Below are positions 27,546 to 36,897 of a stretch of 64,000 bases of DNA, in pieces. Each line of letters opens with the position of its first letter. The stretch's first letter is position 1. The DNA comes from Promethearchaeota archaeon. GTDB lineage: Archaea; Asgardarchaeota; Lokiarchaeia; Sigyniarchaeales; SOKP01. Both the position numbers and the translations under genes were made by a program. Under the pieces are notes generated by a model. The model was not told the origin of the DNA. It saw nothing but the letters and a program-made list of their open reading frames with translations, and did not search any database. Location of the stretch: NCBI GenBank assembly GCA_016840165.1, contig JAEOSU010000080.1, positions 1 through 64,000 of the forward strand, given 5' to 3'.

Positions 27546-28160
27546 TTAGAGATTAAAATTATACTTGTGAGCATTCTTTAGAGCAGCAAATGTTGCTTTA
27601 ACTAGATTTTCACTCGTTCTTGTGTCTCCAAAACTTTTACTCCAGATATCTTCTATTCCTGCTAATTTTAAAACTTGTTTCACTTTATCTGCACATGCTA
27701 AGCCGACTCCTGCTGGTGCGGGGATCAACCTAATTCTCACTGATCCACATTTACCCTCGACTTTGAATGGTATACTGTGGGTATGACCACAACCACACTC
27801 ACCACTTCCACATCCTCTTAGCACTGGAATTACAGATAATTTTGCTCGGTCAATAGCTTTTCTTATAGCAGGTCCTACTTCTCGACTTTTTGCTGAACCT
27901 ACTCCAATAAATCCATCTGCTCCAACAAGTACTACTGCCTTAAATTTAGATCTTTGACCACTGGCAGTCATTTGTTGGACCATTTTAATGGTTACTACAT
28001 CTTCTCTGAGTTGTGGTAAAAGAACATCAATGATTTCTTTTTCTTTAACAACCAAATTGTTAGCAAATATTTTATCAAGCGTAATCAGTCCTTGTTGCAC
28101 TAATTCACCTAGCCTTGTTCTTGGAACCCATATCTCTTCTATACTTCTACTTCGACTCAT
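27546..28160 (-). CDS. rps5: 30S ribosomal protein uS5
   Basis: WVPRTRLG, RGCGS.ECGCG..HSIPFKVEGKCGSV, PAPAGVGL. Confidence 0.97.
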   Translation of the reverse strand: MSRSRSIEEIWVPRTRLGELVQQGLITLDKIFANNLVVKEKEIIDVLLPQLREDVVTIKMVQQMTASGQRSKFKAVVLVGADGFIGVGSAKSREVGPAIRKAIDRAKLSVIPVLRGCGSGECGCGHTHSIPFKVEGKCGSVRIRLIPAPAGVGLACADKVKQVLKLAGIEDIWSKSFGDTRTSENLVKATFAALKNAHKYNFNL

Positions 28161-28173
28161 TTAGATTCATCTT

Positions 28174-28767
28174 TTAAACATTATTATCGATAATTTTTAG
28201 CGTATTTGAAAATAGTTGTCCCATTTTTAATGGATCTATTTTCTTCTTTTTTAAATATCCTGAGAATCTCTGCTGATATGTTTCAGGATCTTCATTTTTT
28301 AAATATTTCGCATAATTTTCAATATGAGAACCGCTGATTCTCTCTTCAAAATTATCTGGAAAAAATTCTTCACGATAGGGAATATCCATACCAGCTTTTA
28401 ATAATCCTTTAAATGCTGCCAATACTCGATTATGATGGTAAAAAATTCCTAGATCTAAGATTGCATCAGTAATATTTTGCTTTTTTGCACGTAATCCAGC
28501 TAAATATCCAGTTAAATATGCCGCTGGAATATTTCCTGTGTTAGCCTTCCAATCAAAATTCTTTGATAATTCCTTAGAAAAGGCGGAAACTAATATTTTA
28601 TCTCCACCTGGTTTTGATTCAATTAATTGGACTATTATATTATTATTGGATGCTCTAATGACGGCTCTTATTGACTTTGATCTTATGAGTTTCAATCTAC
28701 GATGATAATCTGTTTTTCCTTCATACCTTCTTCGTAATGGTCTCCTATATCGCGGGCCTTTCGCCAT
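28174..28767 (-). CDS. rpl18: 50S ribosomal protein uL18
   Basis: RRRYEGKTDY..RL, GNIPAAYLTG. Confidence 0.96.
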   Translation of the reverse strand: MAKGPRYRRPLRRRYEGKTDYHRRLKLIRSKSIRAVIRASNNNIIVQLIESKPGGDKILVSAFSKELSKNFDWKANTGNIPAAYLTGYLAGLRAKKQNITDAILDLGIFYHHNRVLAAFKGLLKAGMDIPYREEFFPDNFEERISGSHIENYAKYLKNEDPETYQQRFSGYLKKKKIDPLKMGQLFSNTLKIIDNNV

Positions 28768-28769
28768 TT

Positions 28770-29243
28770 TTATCGTCCTCTTTTTAATAATCCTTTTTCT
28801 TTTATATATCTATTCATTTGAGCAACGCTGTTAAACATTCCACCTTTTACATTCATATATAATTTCCTATAATTGGCAATAGTAATTTGTTTTCGGCCTC
28901 TAAGCTTCTTTAATTCATGTCTTTGGGCTCGAACTCTTTTCATCCATGCTTCTTTCTTTGGAGTTCTCGCCGTCTTTTTCCCTTTTCTTTTACCTAATCC
29001 TCTCGCAAGACCTCTTTTCTTTCTTTGATGAAGTAAATTCTTTCTATAATTAGATATTCCTTTCTTATACTTTTTCTTAATTATACCATCTTTAATTAAG
29101 CTCCGAATGTCATCACGGGTTATTGCCATTTTGATCTCTTCAATTAAGTAGGGATCAAAATAGACTCTATTCTCCCCACACTTTAATATTTCAGCTGCCA
29201 TTCTTCTCTGTGCATTTAAACTCATAATTATCCCCATATCCAT
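28770..29243 (-). CDS. rpl19e: 50S ribosomal protein eL19
   Basis: QRRMAAEILKCGENRV, RKG.KTARTPKKEAWM, KGGMF. Confidence 0.96.
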   Translation of the reverse strand: MDMGIIMSLNAQRRMAAEILKCGENRVYFDPYLIEEIKMAITRDDIRSLIKDGIIKKKYKKGISNYRKNLLHQRKKRGLARGLGKRKGKKTARTPKKEAWMKRVRAQRHELKKLRGRKQITIANYRKLYMNVKGGMFNSVAQMNRYIKEKGLLKRGR

Positions 29244-29252
29244 TAATTATTT

Positions 29253-29741
29253 TTAATCCTCATAATCTAGAGAGTTTTCCAAATCTTCTCCTTCTAGGAA
29301 ATCATCTTCTAATTCTTCTATTGGTGATTGGAGCATTGATTCAAAACTTTCTAATTCTCGTTGAGATATCCCCATATTTAATATTCTAAATCCTCTATTT
29401 TGAGCATATTCAACCAATGAAATTCTCTTTTTAGTGCCTAATTTTCCAGATATCTTTATTGCGTGTTTTCTATTACTTAAACCTTTAAGATCATCAATTG
29501 ATGAAACTCTAACTTCTTCATATCCTGATGGATGAAGACCTCTCACTTTCTTAGGGCTCCTATATCCAACATTTGGTGATTTTACTCCTGATTTGGTTTT
29601 CTTTCTTGTTTGGGAGTCTATACCCCTAGCTTTCCTCCAAGATTCTTTTACTCTTTTATATCTCCAAGACTCAACCCGGCGAAATTTTGGATTTTTTCTT
29701 TTCTTGTTTTTCCTGAGTTCCATTAATCTATTCTTTTCCAT
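29253..29741 (-). CDS. rpl32e: 50S ribosomal protein eL32 with acidic C-terminal tail
   Basis: PKFRR.ESWRYKR...WRKARGIDS, GYRSPKKVRGLHPSG. Confidence 0.96.
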   Translation of the reverse strand: MEKNRLMELRKNKKRKNPKFRRVESWRYKRVKESWRKARGIDSQTRKKTKSGVKSPNVGYRSPKKVRGLHPSGYEEVRVSSIDDLKGLSNRKHAIKISGKLGTKKRISLVEYAQNRGFRILNMGISQRELESFESMLQSPIEELEDDFLEGEDLENSLDYED

Positions 29742-29757
29742 TAGCTTTGACCTTTTA

Positions 29758-30336
29758 TTATTTTATTTTCCAGATGATGTGATCTCCTATCTGTTTTTTA
29801 TAGAGATAGACTCCATCTTGAAATACTCGGGGATCTTTTTTTTTAATTCTACAGCATCTCTTAAGGTTAGCTGCGGTTTGCCCTAACATTTCTTTATCGG
29901 GGCCAATCAGGATTACATCATCGCCTTCTATTTTTACATCAACATTATCTAAATAGTTAGTTACTCTTGGGGCTCTTTCACCCAGAAAATTAACTACATG
30001 AAGTTCTTTCTTTTCTGGTTTGGCCTCCACATTACATGGAAAGTGAGAATAACAAACTTTACAAAAGTATTGATAATTGGTTTGGACACCAATGATTAAG
30101 TTCTTGATAATGTTTAAAATCGTACTTGCTAACGCTAGAGTTTCACCTTTAGGAAAGTTAGTTGAGATGATAAATTTTTTATCTTCGAGTGTCATATTAA
30201 TCCCTCTAGCATGTGAGAAGTCCTTAGTTATAGTCCCATTCGGACCCTTAACTGTGATTTGGTGATTTTCTGTTAATATCACCTCAACATCTTCCGGGAT
30301 GTCTAATTTTTCCTTATAAAATGCTGTTTTAACCAT
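29758..30336 (-). CDS. rpl6: 50S ribosomal protein uL6
   Basis: VKGPNG, YSHFP, NFLGERAPR, DPRVFQDGVY. Confidence 0.97.
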   Translation of the reverse strand: MVKTAFYKEKLDIPEDVEVILTENHQITVKGPNGTITKDFSHARGINMTLEDKKFIISTNFPKGETLALASTILNIIKNLIIGVQTNYQYFCKVCYSHFPCNVEAKPEKKELHVVNFLGERAPRVTNYLDNVDVKIEGDDVILIGPDKEMLGQTAANLKRCCRIKKKDPRVFQDGVYLYKKQIGDHIIWKIK

Positions 30337-30357
30337 TAAAATCTACCAGAATATCTA

Positions 30358-30741
30358 CTAATATACATAACATAACGTTTGTCCACCAATATTCCTCTCT
30401 TCTGCTTCTTTCATTGACATAACACCTTGATTTGTGGACAAAATGATAATGCCTAATCCTGGAGCAGGCAATAATCTCCTTTCTAAAGCTTCAAATTGAG
30501 AAACATAATAACTATTTCGGATCAATCCTTTAGCCTCATTAATTTTCCCAAGTAATGCAATCTTAAATTTTCCTTGCCGTCCATCATCATATCGTTCAAA
30601 TTCACCAATATAAGCTTTGCTTTGTAAAATTCGGAGAACTCTTTGAAGCAAATTCGATGCTGGACTTATTATTACCTCTTTTTTCCTTGCCATTTCAGCA
30701 TTCTTTAACATATTCATGCTGTTTGCGATCGTTTTAGTCAT
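30358..30741 (-). CDS. rps8: 30S ribosomal protein uS8
   Basis: YIGEFE..DDGRQG, LLPAPG.GI.ILST.QGVMS. Confidence 0.96.
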   Translation of the reverse strand: MTKTIANSMNMLKNAEMARKKEVIISPASNLLQRVLRILQSKAYIGEFERYDDGRQGKFKIALLGKINEAKGLIRNSYYVSQFEALERRLLPAPGLGIIILSTNQGVMSMKEAEERNIGGQTLCYVY

Positions 30742-30804
30742 TTTATTTTTCCTCTTATAACATTCATTTAAGCTTAATTTTATTGAGTTTTTTATTTATT
30801 ATTA

Positions 30805-30954
30805 TTAATCATATCTATGGAATCCTATATCTTTACCAATTTCATAGAAACATCTACGACAGATATAGAGACCATATCTTCTAATAACTCCTCTATGAGT
30901 TCCACATCTCCTGCAGACTCTCTGTCCTTTTCCTATATTTTTACCTTGAGGCAT
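30805..30954 (-). CDS. rps14: 30S ribosomal protein uS14 (49 aa, absent from ORF track)
   Basis: MPQGKNIGKGQRVCRRCGTHRGVIRRYGLYICRRCFYEIGKDIGFHRYD*; expected position between uL5 and uS8. Confidence 0.96.
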   Translation of the reverse strand: MPQGKNIGKGQRVCRRCGTHRGVIRRYGLYICRRCFYEIGKDIGFHRYD

Positions 30955-30971
30955 AATTATCATCATTCTTT

Positions 30972-31565
30972 TTAAGCATAATCCAGCTCTATTTTTTCTA
31001 CAATATCTACTCCAAAATTTTTTTTAAGAAAATACTGTGCTTCATCTCGAGATACATAATGATGAGATGGTACCTTAGTTTTTTTCTTTCTACGATATCT
31101 TACTCTCATTCCAGGTCTAACGATTCTTCCAACAACATTTAACCCCCAGATTCCAATTTCTGTTTCATAATCGATTCCAGGAATAGTGATATGTTCCGTT
31201 ATTCCGAAACCAAAATTTCCATAGTTATCAAAGCTCTTCCGTAATATTTTATTATTTGTCACAATGAGGAGTCTTTTCAATAATTTCTCTGCTTCTGCTC
31301 CTCTTACGGTCACCATTGTTCCTATTGGTCTACCCTTACGCAAATTGAATTCTTTAACATTCTTCCTCGATAATGTTTTCACAGAGCTTTTTCCTGATAT
31401 AGTTTCTAATACTGTTGAAGCTCTTTCTAATTCCTCTCCACCTGATCCTACTCCAATGTTTAATACAATTTTCTCTAAAAAAGGCTTCTTCATAGGATTT
31501 TTCCATATCGTAGCATATTCTTTTTCTTGAAGCTTTAAAGCCTTCTTTTTAGCCTTAATAGACAT
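30972..31565 (-). CDS. rpl5: 50S ribosomal protein uL5
   Basis: NPM, KIVLNIGVG.GGE, FD..GNFGFGI.EHI.IPG. Confidence 0.96.
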   Translation of the reverse strand: MSIKAKKKALKLQEKEYATIWKNPMKKPFLEKIVLNIGVGSGGEELERASTVLETISGKSSVKTLSRKNVKEFNLRKGRPIGTMVTVRGAEAEKLLKRLLIVTNNKILRKSFDNYGNFGFGITEHITIPGIDYETEIGIWGLNVVGRIVRPGMRVRYRRKKKTKVPSHHYVSRDEAQYFLKKNFGVDIVEKIELDYA

Positions 31566-31592
31566 TTCTTTATCACATTTTTTCTTTTTTTA

Positions 31593-32345
31593 TTATTCTA
31601 GACTAGGAATACTGATCTCGTAATTTTCCTCTCCAATAATAAAGGTATAATCATATAATGTTTCGGTGTGTTCCGAATTATGTTGAATAGATACTGTGCT
31701 TGCGTTTGGTCCAAAACGTTTCAATATTTTGGTTATTTTTCCTACCTGTCCTATATTTTTCCCAGACATAATCAATGCTAAATTCCCTTCTTTAAATTCT
31801 AATGATTTGACAATCTCCTGTTCTGGTACAGTAATTTTTAACACATCCATACGTTTATAGATATCTTCTTTGGGATTTTTAGGATTGCTAACCTTTATCA
31901 AAATATTTCTTCCATCATGTAAATTTAATTGAATATGACCCCCCTTTAATGTTGTTTTAGCTGAAATCCTACATAATTTGAAGTTACTTTCGTCTTCTTT
32001 CATTTCATGTAAAATTAAACCATAATGGGAATCAGGTAATATTCGATAATATTTTTTTATTTTTGGTATACTAAGCACATCCATTAATCCTACTGGATAG
32101 CCTGTATCTCTAACTACCTTCCCGTCAACCATAAAATATCCTTGACCAATTAATTTTTTTGCCTCGCGGTGTGTTGTGACGATTTTTAATAGGTCTCTTA
32201 CAATATGGAGTAAAGGAAGGCAAAATCGACTTGGGTGTGGTCCTGGAGATGGTTTAGCAAAAAATTTTCCATGTTTTCTCTTAATCTGTAGAAATTTTGG
32301 GGTATTTAATCTTTTAAGAGACTTAGTTCCACCATGGCGCGTCAT
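31593..32345 (-). CDS. rps4e: 30S ribosomal protein eS4
   Basis: LKRLNTP, PSPGPH, VDGKV.RD..YPVGLMDV, LHDGRN. Confidence 0.97.
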   Translation of the reverse strand: MTRHGGTKSLKRLNTPKFLQIKRKHGKFFAKPSPGPHPSRFCLPLLHIVRDLLKIVTTHREAKKLIGQGYFMVDGKVVRDTGYPVGLMDVLSIPKIKKYYRILPDSHYGLILHEMKEDESNFKLCRISAKTTLKGGHIQLNLHDGRNILIKVSNPKNPKEDIYKRMDVLKITVPEQEIVKSLEFKEGNLALIMSGKNIGQVGKITKILKRFGPNASTVSIQHNSEHTETLYDYTFIIGEENYEISIPSLE

Positions 32346-32780
32346 TTATTTCTCAACCTCCTCCTTCTGTTTCTTAGGGCCAGCTAATAATTCTTCTTTA
32401 GAAAAGCCAAATACTGCTTTCCTTTCTATTAGACTTGCTCTCCAAGGATCCATCTTTTTTTCTTTTATGAATTTGGTAATAATTAAATTCGAAATATGAA
32501 TTGAGGGATTAAATTCAGTGCCATCTGATTTTTCAAATTTAGCTTCTTTGATTTTTGCTCTTTGATTTTTTGTGATTTCAATTACCTCACCTTCGAAATC
32601 TTTAAACTCTCCTTTTATAATTCGTACATCATCTCCCACTCTTAGTGGAAGAGTTTTAATTCCATATTCTTCTCGGATAAAATCAGCTACCCGGGTGGAT
32701 AATAATTTTGACCGTTGATGACTCTTATAATTGAAAAGCGCTTTTCTTTGTTTTCTTGGTTTTTTTGATTTTATTTTCAT
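32346..32780 (-). CDS. rpl24: 50S ribosomal protein uL24
   Basis: SKKPRKQRKALF, LRVGDDVRIIKGEFK, IHISNLII. Confidence 0.96.
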   Translation of the reverse strand: MKIKSKKPRKQRKALFNYKSHQRSKLLSTRVADFIREEYGIKTLPLRVGDDVRIIKGEFKDFEGEVIEITKNQRAKIKEAKFEKSDGTEFNPSIHISNLIITKFIKEKKMDPWRASLIERKAVFGFSKEELLAGPKKQKEEVEK

Positions 32781-32802
32781 AATTTATCATTTTGATTTAT
32801 AA

Positions 32803-33228
32803 TTAAATGATTAATGAGGATATTGAAGCCAATCTTGGATATAGTTCTGCTGCTTCCCTAGCAATTGGGCCTCTTATCTCTGTGCCTTTGGGTTCTCCTT
32901 CTTTAGTAATTAACACTCCCGCATTATCTTCGAAGCATAAACGTGTTCCATCAACACGTTTATAAATCATCTTCTGCCGAACTATAACTGCCTTCATTAT
33001 ATTACCACGATATTCTGGTTTCCCTTTTTTTACGGTAACTGAACACACAGAACCTACTGTTGCTTTGGGTAATCTCCGTAATCGAGTTTTAGAATGGTCA
33101 ACATTGATTATTTGAGCAATTTTAGCACCTGAGTTATCTGTAATCAAAATTTTAGAACCGTTCTGTAGTCCATAACTCGTTCGCGACTTAGCAAGGGTCT
33201 TGCGACCCAGTTTTCTCCTTGTTCCCAT
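32803..33228 (-). CDS. rpl14: 50S ribosomal protein uL14
   Basis: DNSGAK, VKKGKPE, FEDNAGV, GPIAREAA. Confidence 0.97.
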   Translation of the reverse strand: MGTRRKLGRKTLAKSRTSYGLQNGSKILITDNSGAKIAQIINVDHSKTRLRRLPKATVGSVCSVTVKKGKPEYRGNIMKAVIVRQKMIYKRVDGTRLCFEDNAGVLITKEGEPKGTEIRGPIAREAAELYPRLASISSLII

Positions 33229-33579
33229 TTAAATGGCACCACTTACAATTTTTTCTAATACTATAAATGATTTAGTTTTGGAAAGTTTTCTACTTTCCCC
33301 TACTCTCACCATATCTCCAACATTGATTTCATCTTTTAAACATTCAGGCAAATGACATGAGAGACGAGAATTCCGACGCTCATATCGCTGATATTTTCTT
33401 ATAAATTGAACATAATCTTGTCTTATCACAACTGTGTTTCTTGATTTTTTACTTACCACTAAACCTTGGGTAATTTTACCTCTTATTCGTGTAGAGCCAT
33501 GGAAAGGACAATCCTTATCATTACATTCTCTACTTTTTGGAGGATTTACGCCGGGTATACCAATATTTCGAACACTCAT
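33229..33579 (-). CDS. rps17: 30S ribosomal protein uS17
   Basis: C.DKDCPFHG..RIRG, KYQRYERR, GESRKLSKTKSF. Confidence 0.96.
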   Translation of the reverse strand: MSVRNIGIPGVNPPKSRECNDKDCPFHGSTRIRGKITQGLVVSKKSRNTVVIRQDYVQFIRKYQRYERRNSRLSCHLPECLKDEINVGDMVRVGESRKLSKTKSFIVLEKIVSGAI

Positions 33580-33583
33580 AATA

Positions 33584-33874
33584 TTACTTCAACCACTTTT
33601 TCTTTTTCAGACTTCTTAATCTATTTTCAGGTTTACCTACAATCATAGAACCATCAACTTCCAAAAGATCATTATCAACTTTAAACCTGAATATGTAATC
33701 TTTTTTAATATATTTCTTAATTTGATTATTTTTTTGTAATATGACTAAATTTTTTGTTTCGTCTATTATAATACCATTTATTGGATATTCTGATTCTTTT
33801 ATTTTTGATTTACGCTTCAAAAATACTTCAAAACCGATTAAATCATGATATATTAAATAATTAGGACTAATCAT
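33584..33874 (-). CDS. rnp1: Ribonuclease P protein subunit Rpp29
   Basis: HDLIG, GIIIDETKN, VDG..IVGKPENR; canonical position in the operon. Confidence 0.92.
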   Translation of the reverse strand: MISPNYLIYHDLIGFEVFLKRKSKIKESEYPINGIIIDETKNLVILQKNNQIKKYIKKDYIFRFKVDNDLLEVDGSMIVGKPENRLRSLKKKKWLK

Positions 33875-34071
33875 CGCCTTTCCTCATTCTTAACAGTTAA
33901 TATTCTTGCAATTTGCTTTCTAAGCATTTTTGCTTTCGCAGGATTATCAGAAATACCCCCACCTGTTTGTTGGCTATAAAGCATCATTAATTCCTCTCTT
34001 AAGGTCAGCAATGTGCGTTCTCTCTCTCGCTTATCCATCTCTCGAATTTTTTTTGCGGTTAATATATCCAT
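33871..34071 (-). CDS. rpl29: 50S ribosomal protein uL29
   Basis: KIREM...ER...L.EL...NPAK...LRKQIARILTV.NE. Confidence 0.94.
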   Translation of the reverse strand: MDILTAKKIREMDKRERERTLLTLREELMMLYSQQTGGGISDNPAKAKMLRKQIARILTVKNEERR

Positions 34072-34092
34072 TTTCTAATCCCCTCTTTTCGT

Positions 34093-34866
34093 TTACTTCT
34101 CAATCTCTTCATTTTCCGGTTCTAAAGATATTTCAGAAACGTCTTCCTCATCGACCTCATCAAGTATCTCTTTATCCTCTTCACTTATTTCTCCTTCTTC
34201 CTCCTCTATGACATATTCTGCTCTGGTTTTTGCCATCTTTGCTTCAGCTTTTTTTTGTGCTTGATTAAGTAATTCATCCTTAAGTATTACTTCATCTCCC
34301 ATTTTAGTATCTGCACGCATAATTTTCACTATTATCCCTAATGTCCCACTTTTTTGAATACATTGGGCTATACCTTTATCCACCCCTTCTTGTGCGGGCT
34401 GTCCACTCTTTGACATTGTTCCTGCTCTAAAAATCTGTGTTCTAGCTCTTTGAGAGGTTACTTTTCCCGATATAATAATTTCGACGCCTTTAGCTCCAGC
34501 ATCCATAACTTTTCTTAAAATGTAATATCCTGCTCTTCTATAATGACGCCCGCGATCTAATGAATATGCTAACCGTTCGGCCATAATCTGGGCATCTAAG
34601 TCGGGATTAGGAACCTCTTCGACCTCTATTTGAGGCATTTCAAGACCAAATTTTTCTTGTAATACATCAGTTATCTCTTGTATCCTTTTTCCCCCTTTTC
34701 CTATTACGAGTCCAGGTCGACTCGTTTTAAGGGTAATTCTTACTCCAAGGGGTGTTTTTTGAATGTCAACACCTGCAAAACCTGCTCTAACTAATTCTGA
34801 ACGTAAATATTCATTAATCTGCATTAATTTTATACCATTTTCTATGAAAATTTTGGCTAGTGGCAA
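34093..34866 (-). CDS. rps3: 30S ribosomal protein uS3 with acidic C-terminal tail
   Basis: TPLG.RI...RPGLVIGKGG, PDLDA, GAKGVEIIISGK, G.LGIIVKIM. Confidence 0.97.
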   Translation of the reverse strand: MPLAKIFIENGIKLMQINEYLRSELVRAGFAGVDIQKTPLGVRITLKTSRPGLVIGKGGKRIQEITDVLQEKFGLEMPQIEVEEVPNPDLDAQIMAERLAYSLDRGRHYRRAGYYILRKVMDAGAKGVEIIISGKVTSQRARTQIFRAGTMSKSGQPAQEGVDKGIAQCIQKSGTLGIIVKIMRADTKMGDEVILKDELLNQAQKKAEAKMAKTRAEYVIEEEEGEISEEDKEILDEVDEEDVSEISLEPENEEIEK

Positions 34867-34906
34867 TTATCTCATCCTAATTTGTTTTTTTTTACTTTAA
34901 GATTTT

Positions 34907-35386
34907 TTAACTTGGAACTTCATAAATAACAATTTCAACATGACTTAAATGATGATATTTTGCCGTGGATCTACCATGAGCACGTTGGATATAGCGCTTG
35001 ATAATTCTTCCCCTATGGGTTGCTGAATGAATAATTCTACAGAGTTCAATATCTAGTCCTTTATATTCTGCATTAGATTCCACTGCTGAGAGTACTTCAT
35101 AAATACGTGCTGCAGCTTTTTGTGGATATTTCCCGGCATACCATTTGAATTGCTTTAAATCTTTTTTGTGTGCTTGCTTTTTTTTGTGTCTCCTATAAGG
35201 AACTGATTGTTTTAGCTGAATTACCTTTTCTAAAAAGCTTTTAGCTTCCTCTACCTTCATTCCTTTAATTACCGCACAGATTTCTCTTGAATCTTTAGGT
35301 TTAATCCTCAAATCCCTACCTGATGCTTTTGCGATTCTATCTGCATCATATTTCTGCTCAATAAAAGAATATCCCCAGTGTGGCAT
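34907..35386 (-). CDS. rpl22: 50S ribosomal protein uL22
   Basis: GKYPQKAA, NAEYKGL, RAHGRST, HVEIV. Confidence 0.96.
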   Translation of the reverse strand: MPHWGYSFIEQKYDADRIAKASGRDLRIKPKDSREICAVIKGMKVEEAKSFLEKVIQLKQSVPYRRHKKKQAHKKDLKQFKWYAGKYPQKAAARIYEVLSAVESNAEYKGLDIELCRIIHSATHRGRIIKRYIQRAHGRSTAKYHHLSHVEIVIYEVPS

Positions 35387-35422
35387 TTTTCATCATTTTT
35401 TTTATTCTAATTATAATAATCA

Positions 35423-35974
35423 TTATTTTAATGGAACATATTTACTACTTCTTGTGGCTCCGATACCAGGAGAACCATGTTGAACGCGTTTACGGGTTGA
35501 GGAAAACTCACCAAGATAATGTCCTATCATTTCTGGCATAATTTCTACCACTTCGAAACTTCTTCCATTGTATACTCCGATCTTTAATCCCACCATCTCT
35601 GGAAAAATAATCATATCCCTTACATGAGTGCGGGTAAGAAGATCTTTTCCTCTTTTCTTTGCTCTATAAGCTCTTCTTAATCTCTCCAGTAATTTCTTTT
35701 GTCTGGGAGGCAATCCTCTCTTTAAAGACCGTCTTGCTCTTGCGGGAAGGAGTTGAATAAACTCGTCCATATTCATTTTCTTTAAGTCTTCTAATGTATG
35801 GCCCCGAAAATGGAATCTTAAGCGATCTCTTTCTTTGTCAAGGTCTATTTCCTCTTCTTCTTCCTCTTCTTCTTCCTCGAGTTCTTCCTCCATCTCTTCT
35901 TCAATTTCTTCCTCTATTTCTTCTGATTCAAGTTCTTCTTGTTCATCTTCTTTAGGCTCTTCATTCGGAGACAT
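35423..35974 (-). CDS. rps19: 30S ribosomal protein uS19 with poly-Glu N-terminal extension
   Basis: [51 protein letters not shown]. Confidence 0.97.
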   Translation of the reverse strand: MSPNEEPKEDEQEELESEEIEEEIEEEMEEELEEEEEEEEEEIDLDKERDRLRFHFRGHTLEDLKKMNMDEFIQLLPARARRSLKRGLPPRQKKLLERLRRAYRAKKRGKDLLTRTHVRDMIIFPEMVGLKIGVYNGRSFEVVEIMPEMIGHYLGEFSSTRKRVQHGSPGIGATRSSKYVPLK

Positions 35975-36108
35975 CTTTGCACCAATCTATTTGTTCCGTT
36001 TAATATATTTTGTTATTTTTTTCAATTATATTTATTACGTGTAATGATATTAGTCATCAATTAAATTTTAATTTTATTAAAACAAGGGGGGGAAAAAACA
36101 TAAACTTT

Positions 36109-36178
36109 AAAAGGTTAGATAATGGGCAACGAAGATTTACCTTAAGATCTCCTATTTGCCAATTTTATCGTTTCTTTT
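36109..36178. promoter_or_regulatory. Imperfect long stem-loop upstream of the uS19 operon
   Basis: Nested complementary blocks AAAAG/CTTTT, GATAA/TTATC, GGCAA/TTGCC, AGATTT/AGATCT around loop ACCTTA. Confidence 0.4.
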
Positions 36179-36207
36179 GACCAATATTTTTGACGGATTA
36201 AAAAATA

Positions 36208-36897
36208 TCATTGATAATTATTGGGATTGTATATTCGTTTAATATCTTCCTCATCAAAAGAACCACTCCATCGTTCCTTAATAGAAACGAAGTCATTAGG
36301 ATTCTTATTTGGATTAATGATGGAGTGATATTTCAGCTTTTCGTTAGTGAACTTTGTACCATCCTCCACAAAATAATATACTCGGTTATTATTCATAATT
36401 ATTGGCTTTCCACCTAATATTTCCCATTCTTCAGATCGATGGGTGTGTACTTGAATCGAAATTCCCATTTCAGGTTTAATGAAAATGATATTATATTCTG
36501 GATAAGTAAACTTAATACTATACCATTTAGATAAAATATCAATATAACCCGAGTGTACAGAAAATTGCTTTACAAATTCATTAGGATCAAAATTTACTTT
36601 TTCAGAGTGTTCATATTTATAGGGATCATAGATAATTTCATGGTCTGATACATCATGGTTATATTTGATATTAGCGAGTTCTTCTCCAATATTAATTATC
36701 ATATAATAATCTTGAGATTTGATATCAAAGGTCAGCTGTTGCGCATGCTTAGTGATAAGTGAGGTTCCATTAATGATCATAAAGTCATTTGCGCTATCAC
36801 AGTTAATTGATGAGCTTAACTTTTTAGAATTAGTTTTTCTCAAACATGTGCCTCTTCCAGGCAATAATTTTTCTTCTATCATAAGATTTGAATTCAC
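36208..36897 (-). CDS. Cupin-domain protein (type II mannose-6-phosphate isomerase C-terminal-like)
   Basis: ISIQVHTHRSEEWEI...H.I.N...E.....FDEEDI.R; overlaps the ribokinase stop. Confidence 0.7.
   Translation of the reverse strand: MNSNLMIEEKLLPGRGTCLRKTNSKKLSSSINCDSANDFMIINGTSLITKHAQQLTFDIKSQDYYMIINIGEELANIKYNHDVSDHEIIYDPYKYEHSEKVNFDPNEFVKQFSVHSGYIDILSKWYSIKFTYPEYNIIFIKPEMGISIQVHTHRSEEWEILGGKPIIMNNNRVYYFVEDGTKFTNEKLKYHSIINPNKNPNDFVSIKERWSGSFDEEDIKRIYNPNNYQ

Noticed and set aside
35834-35960. (TCT/TCC)n low-complexity tract as a repeat array
   Set aside because: It encodes the in-frame poly-Glu extension of uS19 and has no repeat-spacer structure
36109-36210. Possible selenoprotein: the cupin gene ends in TGA with a hairpin in its 3' region
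   Set aside because: The TGA falls at the natural end of the domain, read-through gives an uninformative peptide, and the hairpin lacks the AUGA/GA SECIS core on the sense strand
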